DNA of 63,784 bases, the filler included, from Octopus bimaculoides (Eukaryota): NCBI RefSeq assembly GCF_001194135.2. It is 6 parts of 6 records of this genome, joined end to end, with 100 filler letters (N's around TTAATTAATTAA, not from the genome) between each part and the next. Parts side by side here need not be neighbours in the genome. Positions count along the whole stretch, not along the records: positions 33,188 to 48,722 come from NC_068999.1; positions 48,823 to 61,118 come from NC_068996.1; 4 more parts are not named here. One strand, 5' to 3'. Below the pieces are notes generated by a model. The model did not search any database. It worked only from the letters and a program-made list of their open reading frames with translations, and was not told the origin of the DNA. Shown here one piece after another: positions 38,750-51,580 of this stretch. The position numbers and the translations under genes were made by a program. The stretch's first letter is position 1, and each line of letters opens with the position of its first letter.

Positions 38750-39400
38750 CTTCTCCTCCTCCTACTCCCCCTCCTCCTCCTACACCTTCTTCTTCTTCGT
38801 CTTCGTCTTCTTCTTCGTCTTCTTCTTCGTCTTCTTCTCCTCCTCTTCCTCCTCCACCTTCTTCTTCTTCTTCTTCGTCTTCTTCTTCTTCTTCGTCTTC
38901 TTCTTCTCCTTCTTCTTCTTCTTCGTCTTCTTCTTCTTCTTCTTCTTCTTCTTCTTCTTCTTCTTCTTCTTCTTCTTCTTCTTCCGTACCTCTTCCTTTT
39001 TCTTTTTTTACTGCCTTGTCTTCTCTTTCCTCTTCATTTTCTTCTCCTTAGCTTTCTTTCGCTCCTTCTCAATTTTCATTCCTTCCCTTTTTTTTTTCGT
39101 TCCCGACCTCTTCCTTTCCTTCCCGATTTCTTTCTTTCATTTTCCTTTTCCTTATTTCTTCTCCACTTTCTTACTTTCTCGTTTCTTTCTTTCTCTCCCT
39201 CTTTCTTATCTGCTTTCCTTCTTTCTTTCCTGCTTTATTTCTTCCTTTCTTTCCCTCTTTCTTTCCAACCTTCTCTCTTTCTTCCTTCCTTTTTTCCGTC
39301 ATTTTTTTCTTTCTGTCCTACTTCTTCTCTCTCTCTCTTTCTTTCTTTCCTTTCTTTCTGTCTTTCTTTCTTTCCTTCTTCACTTCCTATTTCCTTTGTT
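38594..39400. repeat. Long polypyrimidine/polypurine (TCT/TCC)n tract
   Basis: Near-pure C/T on the plus strand for ~800 nt. A complementary GAAGGA-type tract lies at 39876-40035. Confidence 0.9.
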
Positions 39401-40524
39401 AGTCATTTGTTTGTTTTATTTCCCAGAATTACAATCGTTTTATTTGTTGCCAAACAACTCATTCAATCGTTCTCAATCGTTTTATTTGTTTGGTAAAAAG
39501 AGTTCCAGGAAATTCCCGTCTGTCTGTCTTCTGTTCACAGAATAATTACCGTTATTGGCATCAATTGGAAAATCGTAGACCATGTCTCAAAGGTTCTAAA
39601 TATCATGAAACAACAACAACAACAACGATAATCACAATAGGAAAAAACAACAACAACAACAATAACAAAAACAACAGCAGCAGCAACAGCAGCAGCAACT
39701 GGTGAAGGTGTAGTTAGAACGGGTGGGAACTAATAGAAATTCGCCAATCTATTGGCCTTTAGTTGTTTTCGTTTACTTGTGATCATTTAGGGTGAACTAC
39801 ATGTCCGTCCTGTCTGATGTGATTTGACATCTACATTTGGTACCTTTTTTGCTTTAGTGAAGGAATGGTGAGGAGTAGAAGAAGGAGGAGGAGGAGTAGA
39901 AGGAGAAGGAGAAAACGCAGGAGGAGAAGGAGAAGGAGAAAACACAGAAGGAGAAGGAGAAAACGCAGAAGGAGAAGGAGAAAACACAGAAGGAGAAGGA
40001 GAAGGAGCAGGAGTAGAAGGAGGAGGGGGCAGAAGGAGTAAAAGACGAAGTGAGAGGAATTTCAAAGTATATTTCACTCATTAAAAGTAATTTTATGATC
40101 AATTAAATTTCGCAAACTTTTACTTAGACATGCCCACCCCTAAAAATGGAACAAAATTAAATACCAGCACTTTAAACTGACATTTCAGATTGTAACCGAA
40201 CGGAAACGGTGAATTTTCGTAGCAACTCCTACACCCCCACGCCAGAATTCCCTGCCCCACCCTTCCCAGCTCTCTCTCCCACCACCACCACTTCGCTCTT
40301 CCTCGTTCNNNNNNNNNNNNNNNNNNNNNNNNNNNNNNNNNNNNNNNNNNNNNNNNNNNNNNNNNNNNNNNNNNNNNNNNNNNNNNNNNNNNNNNNNNNN
40401 NNNNNNNNNNNNNNNNNNNNNNNNNNNNNNNNNNNNNNNNNNNNNNNNNNNNNNNNNNNNNNNNNNNNNNNNNNNNNNNNNNNNNNNNNNNNNNNNNNNN
40501 NNNNNNNNNNNNNNNNNNNNNNNN

Positions 40525-40556
<32 letters not shown>

Positions 40557-40614
40557 TCACACGAATGACTGTTTTCCATTTGCTTGTCATACGAACACAC
40601 ACACATACACACAA

Positions 40615-40645
<31 letters not shown>

Positions 40646-40762
40646 CATGTAAGCTATTCGTTTCGAGTTTTCACTTTCTGAGGGAATTCCAGACTTTGAA
40701 ACACTTCGTTTCCTTCCTGTTTTTATTCAAGCATTTTATTCATTTATCTATCTATCTATCTT

Positions 40763-40841
<79 letters not shown>

Positions 40842-41006
40842 GTCTGTCTGTATGCCTGTTTGTCTGTATGCCTGTCTCTCTGTCAGTCTATCTATCTCTC
40901 AATTTCTCAATGACTGTTATTTAGTTATTACCGACATTTTAAAGAAATAAAAACGATTTTCCTATTCAGTTACCAACAATATCAACAGTAGTAGTAGTAG
41001 TAGTAT

Positions 41007-41049
<43 letters not shown>

Positions 41050-41050
41050 T

Positions 41051-41103
<53 letters not shown>

Positions 41104-41134
41104 NNNNNNNNNNTCTCTCTTTCTCTCTTATCTG

Positions 41135-41170
<36 letters not shown>

Positions 41171-41405
41171 ACTGTCAATTTATCTGTCTGTCTATCTGTC
41201 TGTCTGTCTGTCTGTCTATCTGTCTATCTATACATGTATGTGGTTATATATGTTTATCTATCTATCTATCTTCCTACGTACCTACGTACCTATCTACCTA
41301 TCTATCCATTCATCTATTTATCTATCTATCTATCTATCTATCTGCAAAGGCGTATATACACGTAAGTTAGCAATTCGTTAACAATAGGAAACATGAAGTA
41401 ATTAC

Positions 41406-41518
41406 CTCTTACTGGCAAAATCCGCTCCAGTCAGTGCATTGTTGCAATAACTAACTAACAATACTAGCAACACTACTAGTACTAGCGCCAACCGAAACTG
41501 TGTCATTTGAACGCTCAT
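41406..41518 (-). CDS. Probable first coding exon (signal peptide) of the ITIH-like gene, or of another secreted-protein gene
   Basis: ATG at 41518 with an upstream in-frame stop reads MSVQMTQFRLALVLVVLLVLLVSYCNNALTGADFASK(R): a basic residue, a long hydrophobic core and a small-residue C-region. Two candidate donors: AG|GTAATT (end 41406, phase 2) and A|GTAAGA (end 41413, phase 1). Linkage to the VIT exons crosses a scaffold join (33088-33187). Confidence 0.55.
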
Positions 41519-41766
41519 TGATATTTTCAGGGTCGTTGGCTTCTCATCTATTCATAGTTCAACTTCAAAAACATTCCAACATATCACCGTGTATTCAATG
41601 AGCAGACGATCCAGCTTCACTAGACATCTTCTGTGATAAAATTCTCTCTTAGACTGAATGGCGCTTTTGTTACGAGAGTTGATATTGTGCATGACAAACC
41701 GCCATTAAGGAAGGAAGCAGAAAGAGAACGAGATAGATAGATAGATAAGTAGATAGATAGATAGAT

Positions 41767-41834
<68 letters not shown>

Positions 41835-41844
41835 GTAGATAGAT

Positions 41845-41878
<34 letters not shown>

Positions 41879-42664
41879 GTAGGTAGGTACGTAGGTAGGT
41901 AGGTACGTAGGTAGGTAGGTACGTACGTACATNNNNNNNNNNNNNNNNNNNNNNNNNNNNNNNNNNNNNNNNNNNNNNNNNNNNNNNNNNNNNNNNNNNN
42001 NNNNNNNNNNNNNNNNNNNNNNNNNNNNNNNNNNNNNNNNNNNNNNNNNNNNNNNNNNNNNNNNNNNNNNNNNNNNNNNNNNNNNNNNNNNNNNNNNNNN
42101 NNNNNNNNNNNNNNNNNNNNNNNNNNNNNNNNNNNNNNNNNNNNNNNNNNNNNNNNNNNNNNNNNNNNNNNNNNNNNNNNNNNNNNNNNNNNNNNNNNNN
42201 NNNNNNNNNNNNNNNNNNNNNNNNNNNNNNNNNNNNNNNNNNNNNNNNNNNNNNNNNNNNNNNNNNNNNNNNNNNNNNNNNNNNNNNNNNNNNNNNNNNN
42301 NNNNNNNNNNNNNNNNNNNNNNNNNNNNNNNNNNNNNNNNNNNNNNNNNNNNNNNNNNNNNNNNNNNNNNNNNNNNNNNNNNNNNNNNNNNNNNNNNNNN
42401 NNNNNNNNNNNNNNNNNNNNNNNNNNNNNNNNNNNNNNNNNNNNNNNNNNNNNNNNNNNNNNNNNNNNNNNNNNNNNNNNNNNNNNNNNNNNNNNNNNNN
42501 NNNNNNNNNNNNNNNNNNNNNNNNNNNNNNNNNNNNNNNNNNNNNNNNNNNNNNNNNNNNNNNNNNNNNNNNNNNNNNNNNNNNNNNNNNNNNNNNNNNN
42601 NNNNNNNNNNNNNNNNNNNNNNNNNNNNNNNNNNNNNNNNNNNNNNNNNNNNNNNNNNNNNNNN

Positions 42665-42728
<64 letters not shown>

Positions 42729-42738
42729 GTAGATAGAT

Positions 42739-42772
<34 letters not shown>

Positions 42773-42824
42773 GTAGGTAGGTACGTAGGTAGGTAGGTAC
42801 GTAGGTAGGTAGGTACGTACGTAC

Positions 42825-42862
<38 letters not shown>

Positions 42863-44725
42863 ATGCATGTACCTATGCGTCTGAGTATATGCTCGTCCTT
42901 CACACTTAACAACCGGTGTTGGTTTGTTTACATCTCCACGATTTAGCGGTTTTGCTCGAAGCAAACGATGAAAATGAGTTTCAGGCCTTTGAAACGTTGA
43001 ATACTGGGATCGATTTCTTTTGACTACACCATTCAAGTCGCTGCCCCAGCATGGTCGCAGCCCAATGACCAAAAACAAGTAAAAAGCAAAGAATAAANNN
43101 NNNNNNNGTATGCATGCATGTATGTATGTATGCATGCATGTATGTATGTATGCATGTATGTATGTATGTATGTATGTATGTATTAAGAGTGAGACTATTC
43201 TTGGCAGATGGCGAAGTCAGATGGGAGGGAGTGGGAGGAAAAAATGACTCTTTTACTCTATGTCAAAAGTCCTGTAATCGATTATCATATATTTAGAGAG
43301 AGAGAGGGAGAGAGAGAGAGATGGAGAGAGAGATGGAGAGAGAAAGGTGATGGAGAGAGAGAGAGAGATGGAGAGGGAGAGAGAAACGTAAATTCATTTA
43401 TAGAACCTATGCAATGCAAGAACACAAAAACATCATTTATTCCTTCAACAACAAACAACAACAACAACAACAACAGCAAGACCAACGACGAAGCCGACAA
43501 CAACAGCAACAACAAGACGAAGATTGGCAAGCTGTTAGATTTGAATGGAATCCAGATTATTGACAGGTGTGGAGTTGATATACGAAGGCAGGTATGCAAG
43601 CGACTGGTAACCTACTAAGGCAGCTGCGTGGTTATTAAGTTTAAATGATGCGGTTGGAATTCGTGGAACGAATTAATTAATGAGTTGTGATATCATGTCT
43701 GATTTGAATGAGTTCAAAGTACTTCCGTTGTGTCCGTTTTCTTTTTGTTTTTTTTTTCTTGACCGGAAGTGTTCGGATTTAAGAATGTTTCTCTTTACCA
43801 AGAAGGNNNNNNNNNNNNNNNNNNNNNNNNNNNNNNNNNNNNNNNNNNNNNNNNNNNNNNNNNNNNNNNNNNNNNNNNNNNNNNNNNNNNNNNNNNNNNN
43901 NNNNNNNNNNNNNNNNNNNNNNNNNNNNNNNNNNNNNNNNNNNNNNNNNNNNNNNNNNNNNNNNNNNNNNNNNNNNNNNNNNNNNNNNNNNNNNNNNNNN
44001 NNNNNNNNNNNNNNNNNNNNNNNNNNNNNNNNNNNNNNNNNNNNNNNNNNNNNNNNNNNNNNNNNNNNNNNNNNNNNNNNNNNNNNNNNNNNNNNNNNNN
44101 NNNNNNNNNNNNNNNNNNNNNNNNNNNNNNNNNNNNNNNNNNNNNNNNNNNNNNNNNNNNNNNNNNNNNNNNNNNNNNNNNNNNNNNNNNNNNNNNNNNN
44201 NNNNNNNNNNNNNNNNNNNNNNNNNNNNNNNNNNNNNNNNNNNNNNNNNNNNNNNNNNNNNNNNNNNNNNNNNNNNNNNNNNNNNNNNNNNNNNNNNNNN
44301 NNNNNNNNNNNNNNNNNNNNNNNNNNNNNNNNNNNNNNNNNNNNNNNNNNNNNNNNNNNNNNNNNNNNNNNNNNNNNNNNNNNNNNNNNNNNNNNNNNNN
44401 NNNNNNNNNNNNNNNNNNNNNNNNNNNNNNNNNNNNNNNNNNNNNNNNNNNNNNNNNNNNNNNNNNNNNNNNNNNNNNNNNNNNNNNNNNNNNNNNNNNN
44501 NNNNNNNNNNNNNNNNNNNNNNNNNNNNNNNNNNNNNNNNNNNNNNNNNNNNNNNNNNNNNNNNNNNNNNNNNNNNNNNNNNNNNNNNNNNNNNNNNNNN
44601 NNNNNNNNNNNNNNNNNNNNNNNNNNNNNNNNNNNNNNNNNNNNNNNNNNNNNNNNNNNNNNNNNNNNNNNNNNNNNNNNNNNNNNNNNNNNNNNNNNNN
44701 NNNNNNNNNNNNNNNNNNNNNNNNN

Positions 44726-44766
<41 letters not shown>

Positions 44767-45254
44767 CATTCATCTGAGACAGTATTTATATTGAATGGAT
44801 ACAGCGGTGCGCGTGAGCGCTCGCATGTGTGTTTTTTGTGAGATTCTTTGTAATAAATCGTTTTGGGTGCAGCTGATTGTAGAAGTTCGGATTAAATTTC
44901 CTTATCACGAGCGCGACCACAGCACACACACACACATATGTCCATGAGCATATACATGTATTTTTACGTATCTAGATATTTCGCTTACGCATAGCGATAA
45001 ATAACCTGGTGTTAGAACTCAGTATAGATATGCTTATATACTTCAGAACGAAACATCAGTCGAGTACTGTATGATAATAAGAAATTCGAATGACAAAGTA
45101 ATAAACAATTATGTTATGACCTTCATTAGCTTAGAGCTGTTTCTGCTATCAGTTGCAATGCACTCATAGGTGAATGCTTGATCAGAGCTTTATGCATGAG
45201 CTGCAACATTCATATATATACATACATACATACATACATACATACATACATACA

Positions 45255-45292
<38 letters not shown>

Positions 45293-45929
45293 NNNNNNNN
45301 NNNNNNNNNNNNNNNNNNNNNNNNNNNNNNNNNNNNNNNNNNNNNNNNNNNNNNNNNNNNNNNNNNNNNNNNNNNNNNNNNNNNNNNNNNNNNNNNNNNN
45401 NNNNNNNNNNNNNNNNNNNNNNNNNNNNNNNNNNNNNNNNNNNNNNNNNNNNNNNNNNNNNNNNNNNNNNNNNNNNNNNNNNNNNNNNNNNNNNNNNNNN
45501 NNNNNNNNNNNNNNNNNNNNNNNNNNNNNNNNNNNNNNNNNNNNNNNNNNNNNNNNNNNNNNNNNNNNNNNNNNNNNNNNNNNNNNNNNNNNNNNNNNNN
45601 NNNNNNNNNNNNNNNNNNNNNNNNNNNNNNNNNNNNNNNNNNNNNNNNNNNNNNNNNNNNNNNNNNNNNNNNNNNNNNNNNNNNNNNNNNNNNNNNNNNN
45701 NNNNNNNNNNNNNNNNNNNNNNNNNNNNNNNNNNNNNNNNNNNNNNNNNNNNNNNNNNNNNNNNNNNNNNNNNNNNNNNNNNNNNNNNNNNNNNNNNNNN
45801 NNNNNNNNNNNNNNNNNNNNNNNNNNNNNNNNNNNNNNNNNNNNNNNNNNNNNNNNNNNNNNNNNNNNNNNNNNNNNNNNNNNNNNNNNNNNNNNNNNNN
45901 NNNNNNNNNNNNNNNNNNNNNNNNNNNNN

Positions 45930-46008
45930 AGGAAGAACAAGAGGGGTAAGGCGAGATACGTAGTAGTACAGGGGAAGAACAAGAGGGGTAAGGCGAGATA
46001 CGTAGTAT
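45930..46008. repeat. 42-bp minisatellite emerging from a gap
   Basis: ggaagaacaagaggggtaaggcgagatacgtagta at 45931 and 45973. Confidence 0.8.
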
Positions 46009-46405
46009 ATGTATTAAGGGCATTACTATACATAAATGTCTCACGCTAGAAGGCACTCTTAAAGTCAAAACTACCATAATAAACACATTGTACCGAACGC
46101 GAGGGAATGTAACTCTCGAACCGAGCCTTTTAAAAACAGATTCAGCCACAGATCATATTATTTCATAATTAGTGCACAAAATGCACTTTTTAATCGTCAG
46201 TGCATGCATGATCAAGACATATAAAAATGAACAAAAAAATCAACCTACCAGACGAACACCAAATGTATCCAGCATAGTACATAGAATTGTTCACACTTAT
46301 ATAACTATGTCAGAGGCTGGCTTTTCGATTGCATCTCGGTACACGTGCTTATTCAGAATAAAATTCAACACTGAATATATTCTGGTTAAATTTACAATTT
46401 AAAAA

Positions 46406-46745
46406 TAGGATAAAAATAATTCTTTATAAGAAATCAACAAGTAGTTAGCGTGAAAAAATTCATAAGGCAGAATTTTATAAATTATTCCCTTTAAATATAT
46501 ATTTTTAATATATTTAAAATATGTTTTTAAAAGGCTCGCTTCGAGAGTTGCATTCCCTTGCGTTCTGTACAATGTGTTTATTATGGTAGCTTTGACTTTA
46601 AGAATCCCTCCTAGCGTGAAGCATTCATGTATAGTAATGCCTTTAATATAATTAAATAAATATAAAGAGTATAATTAATAAATTTTTCCCTTATGAGGAT
46701 TTTCACGCTAACTACTTGATAAATTCTTATAAAGATTTTATCCTA
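46406..46745. mobile_element. MITE with ~90-bp imperfect TIRs and TA ends
   Basis: taggataaaa...tctttataagaaatcaacaagtagttagcgtgaaaa versus ttttcacgctaactacttgataaattcttataaagattttatccta. The internal part (46522-46645) is inverted-repeated at 46015-46138. Confidence 0.75.
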
Positions 46746-47507
46746 TTATAAAATTGTATATATATATGGTGGTCGGTGGTGATGATGATGATGATGACGA
46801 CGACGATGATGATACTTTGTCTTCGTTTTGGGATTGACGAATAACTACAAAAAGATAAATAAATAAAATAAAAAAGAACACATCAAAAGGCACGAGGTAT
46901 GACCCGGTACTGGAACGAAATTTAAACCTTGTCCGTTAAATTGGTTATTATTACCTTTGTCGATAAGGTGTTATCTATCTTCAAAGATAAAAAACGTTTG
47001 ATTTAATTTCTCATTGTTCATTGTTGTTTGACAATAACAAATTATCCTCGTCGTATTATCAAATCTGGAGCACAGATATATAAACCTTACTGAGATTCTT
47101 TGATATGAAATGGGGCAGCGTAGTGTTTTTGTTTATGTTAAGTGATTCAGACAAATATGTTTCTTGTCTTGTCTAGGTCGACGGCCGAAAAGTCATATAT
47201 CCAAAGTGTTCAAAAAGTCTCTTCGCAATAAGTGTTCCTGTTGCAAAATAGATGTTTATAAGATGGTATAGGACTACAAAAGAATATATTAGACTTTACA
47301 AGACATTAAAAGACTTTATAAGAGGTGTTGAAAGTGTCGTCCTTCATTTTCAATACGTAAGTTGACACTTCTACATATGTTTCGAAATACATATTGGAGA
47401 AAAAATTCACTGCGGAGAGACGGAATTTGAACTCAGAACGAAAAGACAAACGAAATGCAGCTCAGTTATTTTTCTCGGCGCGCTAACGATTCTGCAAGCT
47501 CACCGCC

Positions 47508-47545
<38 letters not shown>

Positions 47546-48822
47546 GTAATACTGATAACGTGGAATAAAATGTCCTTTAAGTATGTCACGTGCCAGATCA
47601 CATGGCTACTGCAAAGCAATGATTAATGATGTGACATAAAGTCTGCATTATAAATTCCATCCTCTTAAATAAAACACACTCTTTTTAATCAGCACTCAGC
47701 GTGACATTAAGTAGGGGAATATATATTTTTAGTGGGGGGAAGTCTTGAATGATTTATGTAAGAAATTTTCAATTGGAATCTCACTTTTAATTGGGGCAGA
47801 AACAAAAACAAAAACAAAAACTAACATCAATTCCTAGAGACGCTTAAAAAGGGGGAGATAATTTCCTGAAATTAAAAATTAAGCTCAAATTTTATTTACT
47901 TACTTGAGGGGGATTATGATCTTTGAATGCCAAATGGCAACGATGGCCATGTTTCCGCCTTAATAGGAACTCATCAGCTTAGTATAGTTAAGTCATGTAT
48001 GCATTTAGAATTTAATCACACCGAGAGTGGGAGTCGATAAGAAATGTACCAGTTGAACACTAGGGTCGATGTAATCAACCTACCCCCTACCCCGAAATTG
48101 CTGGCCTTGTGCCAAGATTTGAAACCAATATACAGAAGTAAGAATAACCCATAATATTTAGTCAGTAAACTTTGCATCCGGTTCAAACTGGATGTAATGC
48201 GCACCCAATGGAGACTGTTTTTATTTCAAACTACACTGAGAGAAAGTTATCTCTGAAAGATGAATCAAAGGTGACGAATGCCTCCATCGCCCTGGGGCTT
48301 CTGCGGTCAACACTTGTACAGAGGAGGCTTCGACATACCATTGTTATATGACCATCACCAACGAATGTCACTTTTCTTTATAAGTGGTTCATATTATTGC
48401 TGTTGTTGTAGTGTTTTCTTTTTAAGCTTTGGACCGAATCTGTACGAATCACAATTTGTCGTGCCCCACTACACCTACCATCACCACGACAGCTCAGCAA
48501 AATCGCCACTTACACTAACTTTATTACCACCACCACCACCACCACCACCACCACCAAAAAAGCCCATGTTAGCACCATTATAGGCAGTAATTCACAACAG
48601 CTGTTACAACTGGCCCCTAGTAACATCAATACCGCTGCTTCTACTATTACTGCACGATCACTACCCCCACCACCACCACCACTACTACTACTACCACTAC
48701 TCTACAACTACTACTACTATTANNNNNNNNNNNNNNNNNNNNNNNNNNNNNNNNNNNNNNNNNNNNTTAATTAATTAANNNNNNNNNNNNNNNNNNNNNN
48801 NNNNNNNNNNNNNNNNNNNNNN

Positions 48823-48868
<46 letters not shown>

Positions 48869-48901
48869 AAATCAAAATAAGCAACTGTATATCAAGTAGT
48901 G

Positions 48902-48989
48902 ATGCAGTACGACTGTTTCAAGTGGCTCCATTTAACTGAACAATGCAACCATCACATCAATTTAAACGCAGGGCTATCCTCAACTGCAT
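48902..48989 (-). ncRNA. Degenerate hammerhead-like motif (C3->U)
   Basis: AUGCAG-UUGAGGA-~57 nt-GAAAC-AGUC-GUA-CUGCAU; perfect 6-bp stem I. Confidence 0.5.
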
Positions 48990-49402
48990 AAATAAATAGA
49001 ATTTGTATTTGCATCTTACACCTTTAACTGGTAATTAACATCTTCATTTGGGGTCTTCCTCTACCCAGCCTCCTTTATAGACAATCACTTATACATCTCC
49101 TAAAATCCCGACAATATTTTTGACCATACCCAACTATTAACCCACTCCTGCCGACCATTCTAAACAGACACTGTCCTCTAGCCTTAGATTTGGTAGTTGA
49201 TAAAAAAAAGACTAATAAATGAAAAATGAACCATAATCATTTACAAGCTATGACCCTTACAAACTTCATACAATTCTTAGAAGTGTAGTATATTCTGAGC
49301 TACAGTAGTAGCAACATGGACTCTTTCCCTCTTCTTGCTCTATTAGAGAATTTGAGTAAAATTATATTAATGTGTCCAACTGATTAAAAATTCTATTTAT
49401 TT

Positions 49403-49490
49403 ATGCAGCTGAGGAAAGCCCTGCATTTAAATTGATGTAATGATTGCATTGTTCAATTAAATGGAGCCACTTGAAACAGTCATACTTCAT
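49403..49490 (+). ncRNA. Degenerate hammerhead-like motif (intact CUGAGGA/GAAA boxes, mismatches in stems I and III)
   Basis: AUGCAG-CUGAGGA-~57 nt-GAAAC-AGUC-AUA-CUUCAU. Confidence 0.45.
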
Positions 49491-49632
49491 CACCTCTTGA
49501 TATCCTGTTGCTTATTTTGATTATATTCACCTTACTTTGAGTTGCACGGATAATACTGCTCTGACTTGGTGCTTCAACTTAAGTACCTAACTCAACTGAA
49601 TCTCAATTATATACATACATATATATACAAAT

Positions 49633-49676
<44 letters not shown>

Positions 49677-49712
49677 TAAATGGAGCAAAACACATATAAA
49701 CAATGAGTTCCT

Positions 49713-49807
49713 TTAATTCCTACATATGTTTCAAAATATATGTGTACTCTACTCCAAAGAAGTGAGAGGTGCTGGAATTGCACATATATTCATCATCAAG
49801 GAACCAA
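49713..49807 (-). ncRNA. Degenerate hammerhead-like motif (C3->U, U.U at the base of stem II)
   Basis: UUGGUUCC-UUGAUGA-U-GAAUAUAUGUG...CACAUAUAUUU-U-GAAAC-AUAU-GUA-GGAAUUAA. 8-bp stem I (2 G.U), 11-bp stem II, palindromic ACAUAUGU stem III. Confidence 0.6.
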
Positions 49808-50099
49808 CATACAAAAGCAAGACATATGCTAAATGTTAAGGTTACGTGCGAGTTATAACGTTATATAGCTAAGTAAACGACTGTTAGAAACAAGGACGCT
49901 AGTTTACAGGGAGCTGTTTAGGGAGAGAGGCTATGAATGCTATACTAAAAGTTTAAATTAAAAGAAGACATAATGAACCGCAGTAAAATTCAAAAAACTA
50001 AAGTTCATAATAATGGTAAACTAAAAACGAGAGAAGGAGGAAGGGAGAGAATCCAATGATTCATTATATACTATTATTTCTCCTTATGTAAACAAATTA

Positions 50100-50900
50100 A
50101 TATACTGAGGTAAACCTCAGTATATTATAACAGACAATAAAAATATAAACACTAAAAATGTAAATCATGAAAGCAGACCCAAAATAAAGTAAATAAGTAA
50201 AAGCAATAAATTAAACTTTAGAATACTTACAGAATACCTGAGCAACAAAAACTGAACAACACAAAGAAAAATATCAAAGAAAATATGAAGAAGTTTTCGG
50301 AATAGGAAACTATAGAGGAGAAAATACTGACAACCTAAATGGTTAAATAAAGAATTAAAATTGATAGATTGCACTATGGACCACTGACTGTAACTCTTAA
50401 GAATATAAAAAAATGATAAACTAGCTACAACAAACTCCCTCCGGCAAATCTGGCTATCACAAACTTAATGAAAACAATCACAAAGATCAATATCACCTAG
50501 TTAAGCGAATTTATATGCAGCAGAGACTATACTTATGAAGGAGAATGGGCTCCCTTTCAATTTTTGTGATACAGAGATATTAAAACACAAGCAAACAACA
50601 TAGAAGACAAACACACAGGAAAAGATAGATATAAAAGAATGGAACTCTCAAGTCTATTGAAATCAATAAGAAATTGCCACAAATCAAGAAAATTGAAAGA
50701 GAGAGGACAAAAACAGATGAAAAGTGTCTGAAATCAAATAATGCCTAAATTTAAAAAAAAAACTCTAAATCACAAAGAATTCATCATTACAAAAAAAGAC
50801 TACCATTCTGTGTACAAAACCATCAGTTTGACTCCTAAATCAAATGATTTCATAAAGAATTTTGTAAAAATATAACAGAAATCAATGTAGCATCAACAAA
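50100..50900 (+). mobile_element. Possible heavily decayed N-terminal part of a Penelope-like ORF
   Basis: A-rich coding-like sequence with weak echoes (ETILMKENGLPFNF; KEFIITKKD), adjacent to a hammerhead-like motif. Confidence 0.3.
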
Positions 50901-51115
50901 ATGGGAGTAGAATTCTGTAGAATGGACAACAAAAGTATCACTACAAAATTGATTGCTCAAAACCAATGTTGGAGGCCATAACAAGATTGCTTAAAGGAAG
51001 GAAAATGACTCAAGTTATCAAGGTATCTTTAAAATATTCCAGTTACAGTTCCAAGTTTTCAGAATATTCAGTTATGTGGGATACACATTATTGTTAGAAT
51101 TAATCAATTGTACTT

Positions 51116-51520
51116 ATGCCATTGTTGGTATGGAAGTCCACTGCCATCTCAACTCAAACTAAACTCTGCTTATTTAGTTCAAACGTAAAATCTATGCTTT
51201 TGTATGGCTTTGAAACATGGAGAGCCACCTGCAGCAACTACAAGAAGATCCAAACCTTCATCAACAAATGTCTCCGGCAGATCCTCCATCTGAAGTGGTT
51301 CGCCAGAGTGCCAAACACTGACCTGTGTGAAAGGGCCTGTGGGAAAGGGCAAATCAGGAGCCCATACATGTTCAGATTAGGCAAAGGAAATGGAGGTGGA
51401 AAGAACCCTCAAATGTGACACGACAAGCACTTGACTGGAACCCGCAGGAGAAGTACTTGTCAATCATCTAACCAATGCCAGCATGGAAACTGGATGCTAA
51501 ATGATGATGACGATGATGAT
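51116..51520 (+). mobile_element. RTE-clade LINE 3' end with (GAT)n tail
   Basis: VWKSTAISTQTKLCLFSSNVKSMLLYGFETW...KIQTFINKCLRQIL, later RQALDWNPQ-like sequence. Confidence 0.88.
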
Positions 51521-51543
51521 ACACATACAGAAAAATACGTCAG

Positions 51544-51580
<37 letters not shown>

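Noticed and set aside
41730-42825. Apparent duplication of a GATA/GTAG block across the gap (also 38577-38830)
   Set aside because: Near-identical contig ends flanking N runs are most simply explained as unmerged overlaps.
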